From NCBI RefSeq assembly GCF_032191835.1, contig NC_083233.1, forward strand, positions 85,312,001 to 85,376,000: 64,000 nucleotides of DNA, in the 5' to 3' direction. A program made the translations under genes and the position numbers. This DNA is from Heteronotia binoei (lineage: Eukaryota). Shown here piece after piece: positions 61,876 through 64,000 of the stretch. The first letter of the stretch is position 1; each line of letters begins with the position of its first letter. A model generated the notes under the pieces. It was not told the DNA's origin. It searched no databases and worked only from the letters and a program-made list of their open reading frames with translations.

Positions 61876-62517
61876 TTGATGGGGTGTGAAGTGGCAGAGA
61901 CTGACCATGAAAAAGATCTTGGGGTCGTGGTAGATAATTCACTGAAAATGTCAAGACAGTGTGCATTTGCAATAAAAAAGGCCAACGCCATGCTGGGAAT
62001 TATTCGGAAGGGAATTGAAAACAAATCAGCCAGTATCATAATGTCCCTGTATAAATCGATGGTGCGGTCTCATTTGGAGTACTGTGTGCAGTTCTGGTCG
62101 CCGCACCTCAAAAAGGATATTATAGCATTGGAGAAAGTCCAGAAAAGGGCAACTAGAATGATTAAAGGGCTGGAGCACTTTCCCTATGAAGAAAGGTTGA
62201 AACGCTTGGGACTCTTTAGCTTGGAGAAACGTCGACTGAGGGGTGACATGATAGAAGTTTACAAGATAATGCATGGGATGGAGAAAGTAGAGAAAGTACT
62301 TTTCTCCCTTTCTCACAATACGAGAACTCGTGGGCATTCGATGAAATTGCTGAGCAGACAGGTTAAAACGGATAAAAGGAAGTACTTCTTCACCCAAAGG
62401 GTGATTAACATGTGGAATTCACTGCCACAGGAGGTGGTGGCGGCCACAAGCATGGCCACCTTCAAGAGGGGGTTAGATAAAAATATGGAGCAGAGGTCCA
62501 TCAGTGGCTATTAGCCA

Positions 62518-62555
<38 letters not shown>

Positions 62556-62927
62556 ATATTTGGCCGCTGTGTGACACAGAATGTTGGACTGGATGGGCCA
62601 TTGGCCTGATCTAACATGGCTTCTCTTATGTTCTTATGTCGACTGCAGGGTGACATGATAGAGGTTTACAAGATAATGCATGGGATGGAGAAAGTAGAGA
62701 AAGAAATACCTTTCTCCCTTTCTCACAATACAAGAACTCGTGGGCATTCCATGAAATTGCTGAGCAGAAAGGTTAAAACGGATAAAAGGAAGTACTTCTT
62801 CACCCAAAGGGTGATTAACATGTGGAATTCACTGCCACAGGAGGTGGTGGCGGCCACAAGCATAGCCACCTTCAAGAGGAGGTTAGATAAAAATATGGAG
62901 CAGAGGTCCATCAGTGGCTATTAGCCA

Positions 62928-63018
<91 letters not shown>

Positions 63019-63095
63019 CGCTGTGTGACACAGAATGTTGGACTGGATGGGCCATTGGCCTGATCTAACATGGCTTCTTTTATGTTCTTATGTTC
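61876..63095 (+). mobile_element. Young 5'-truncated CR1 LINE with a duplicated 3' end
   Basis: Uninterrupted ORF2 C-terminus at 61876-62514. The segment 62231-62637 is repeated at 62638-~63091. Confidence 0.92.
62931..63014. repeat. (TG)23(TA)19 compound microsatellite; (TG)16 at 62521-62552
   Basis: Read directly from the sequence. Confidence 0.95.
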
Positions 63096-64000
63096 CTTGC
63101 ATGGAACCCACTCTATTATATTGACTCTCTTGTGCACTGTCACTTGGGAGTCAGCGCAAGGAAATATCCCGCTCAAGCACTGTTTCCACCAGCCTCCTGC
63201 CTCCCTCTATGGCTACCCAAAAGCCCCAAGGAGAGCAGAAAAGTTGACAGAAAACATGTTTCTCTGTCCGTGGAGGTTCTGTTCTTGGCCACCCTAGGTA
63301 ACACCTCCGGAAAGGTCTGTCGCCCATGACCAGGTAGTGGCAAGGGGGCCAGAGTAGGTTTTTGGGAGCCCCAGATCCAGGCCCCCTCCCCCCACTTAGC
63401 ATTCAAATAACTAGCAGGCCCTTGGATGGCCTCTTGCAGTCCCAGCTCCCTTGCAGGCCTGTTGCGAGGATGAGAAGGGATGCCTGTGGGAGGGAGTTCC
63501 TTGGAGGAAGGATGAGTGAAAGCAGTGCTTGCCCTTCCTTCTGCACTCCTGGCCTTTGCAGTCTAGCAGCTAAAAGACAATCAGACATGTCCCCCCAAAA
63601 CCAACAGGTAGCAGCAGCATTAATCGGTCTCGAAAGACGGATACAGCGAGAGGATCAGACCCTCGTCCTCCATTGTCAGTATTGCTGGGGACGGCACGCC
63701 TGCTAGGCTGCCCTCTCTCCCTGAATGGGGCTGCCCAGCGCCCCTCCAGGGCAGAACAGGTTCTCCTCCCGCAGCACCTCCGCTGGCTTCTGCTGTGTGC
63801 AGAGCAAGACCGCTGCCAGGGAGTCACGCCCCGAAGTGAGAAGAAGACGCCTCCCTGGGATGCTCCCGACGACGACTCCGAGAAGCACCAGAAAAGACTT
63901 GAGGGACGAGGGAGGCCTTTGGGCATCTGGCCGACCACAGCTGAGAGCAGGAGGCTGCCCGATGCACCCCTTGCCAACCCAGCAAAGCTCTCTTCCTTAA

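Noticed and set aside
60122-64000. SRRD exon 1, including the minus-strand ORFs near 63570-63977
   Set aside because: No match to the expected Arg-rich N-terminus with a phase-2 donor. It probably lies beyond the window.

Overview
Vertebrate genomic DNA. The SINE and CR1 content points to a squamate reptile, probably a gecko (inference). The window carries the conserved block CRYBA4(-) / CRYBB1(+) / TPST2(+) / TFIP11(+) / SRRD(-). I mapped exons by hand from GT-AG boundaries and protein similarity; nearly all exon sizes match the human orthologue sizes as I recall them. TPST2 (373 aa), TFIP11 (843 aa) and CRYBB1 (~216 aa) look intact. SRRD exons 2-7 are present and exon 1 probably lies beyond the right edge. 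CRYBA4 is anomalous: coding exon 2 is 2 nt short, and the last exon is degenerate and frameshifted. Transposons are abundant: tRNA-derived MIR/Ther1-like SINEs, CR1 and L1 LINEs, hAT MITEs with 8-bp TSDs, and a palindromic Harbinger-like MITE. Three arrays stand out: ~36x79 bp built from a SINE B-box segment next to the TFIP11 promoter, ~20x134 bp built from a CR1 3' UTR, and a 5-copy intronic repeat in SRRD that multiplies the 3' splice site. N-gaps at about 11.1-15.9 kb and 20.7-20.9 kb limit what can be seen. Single-base anomalies could be assembly errors.
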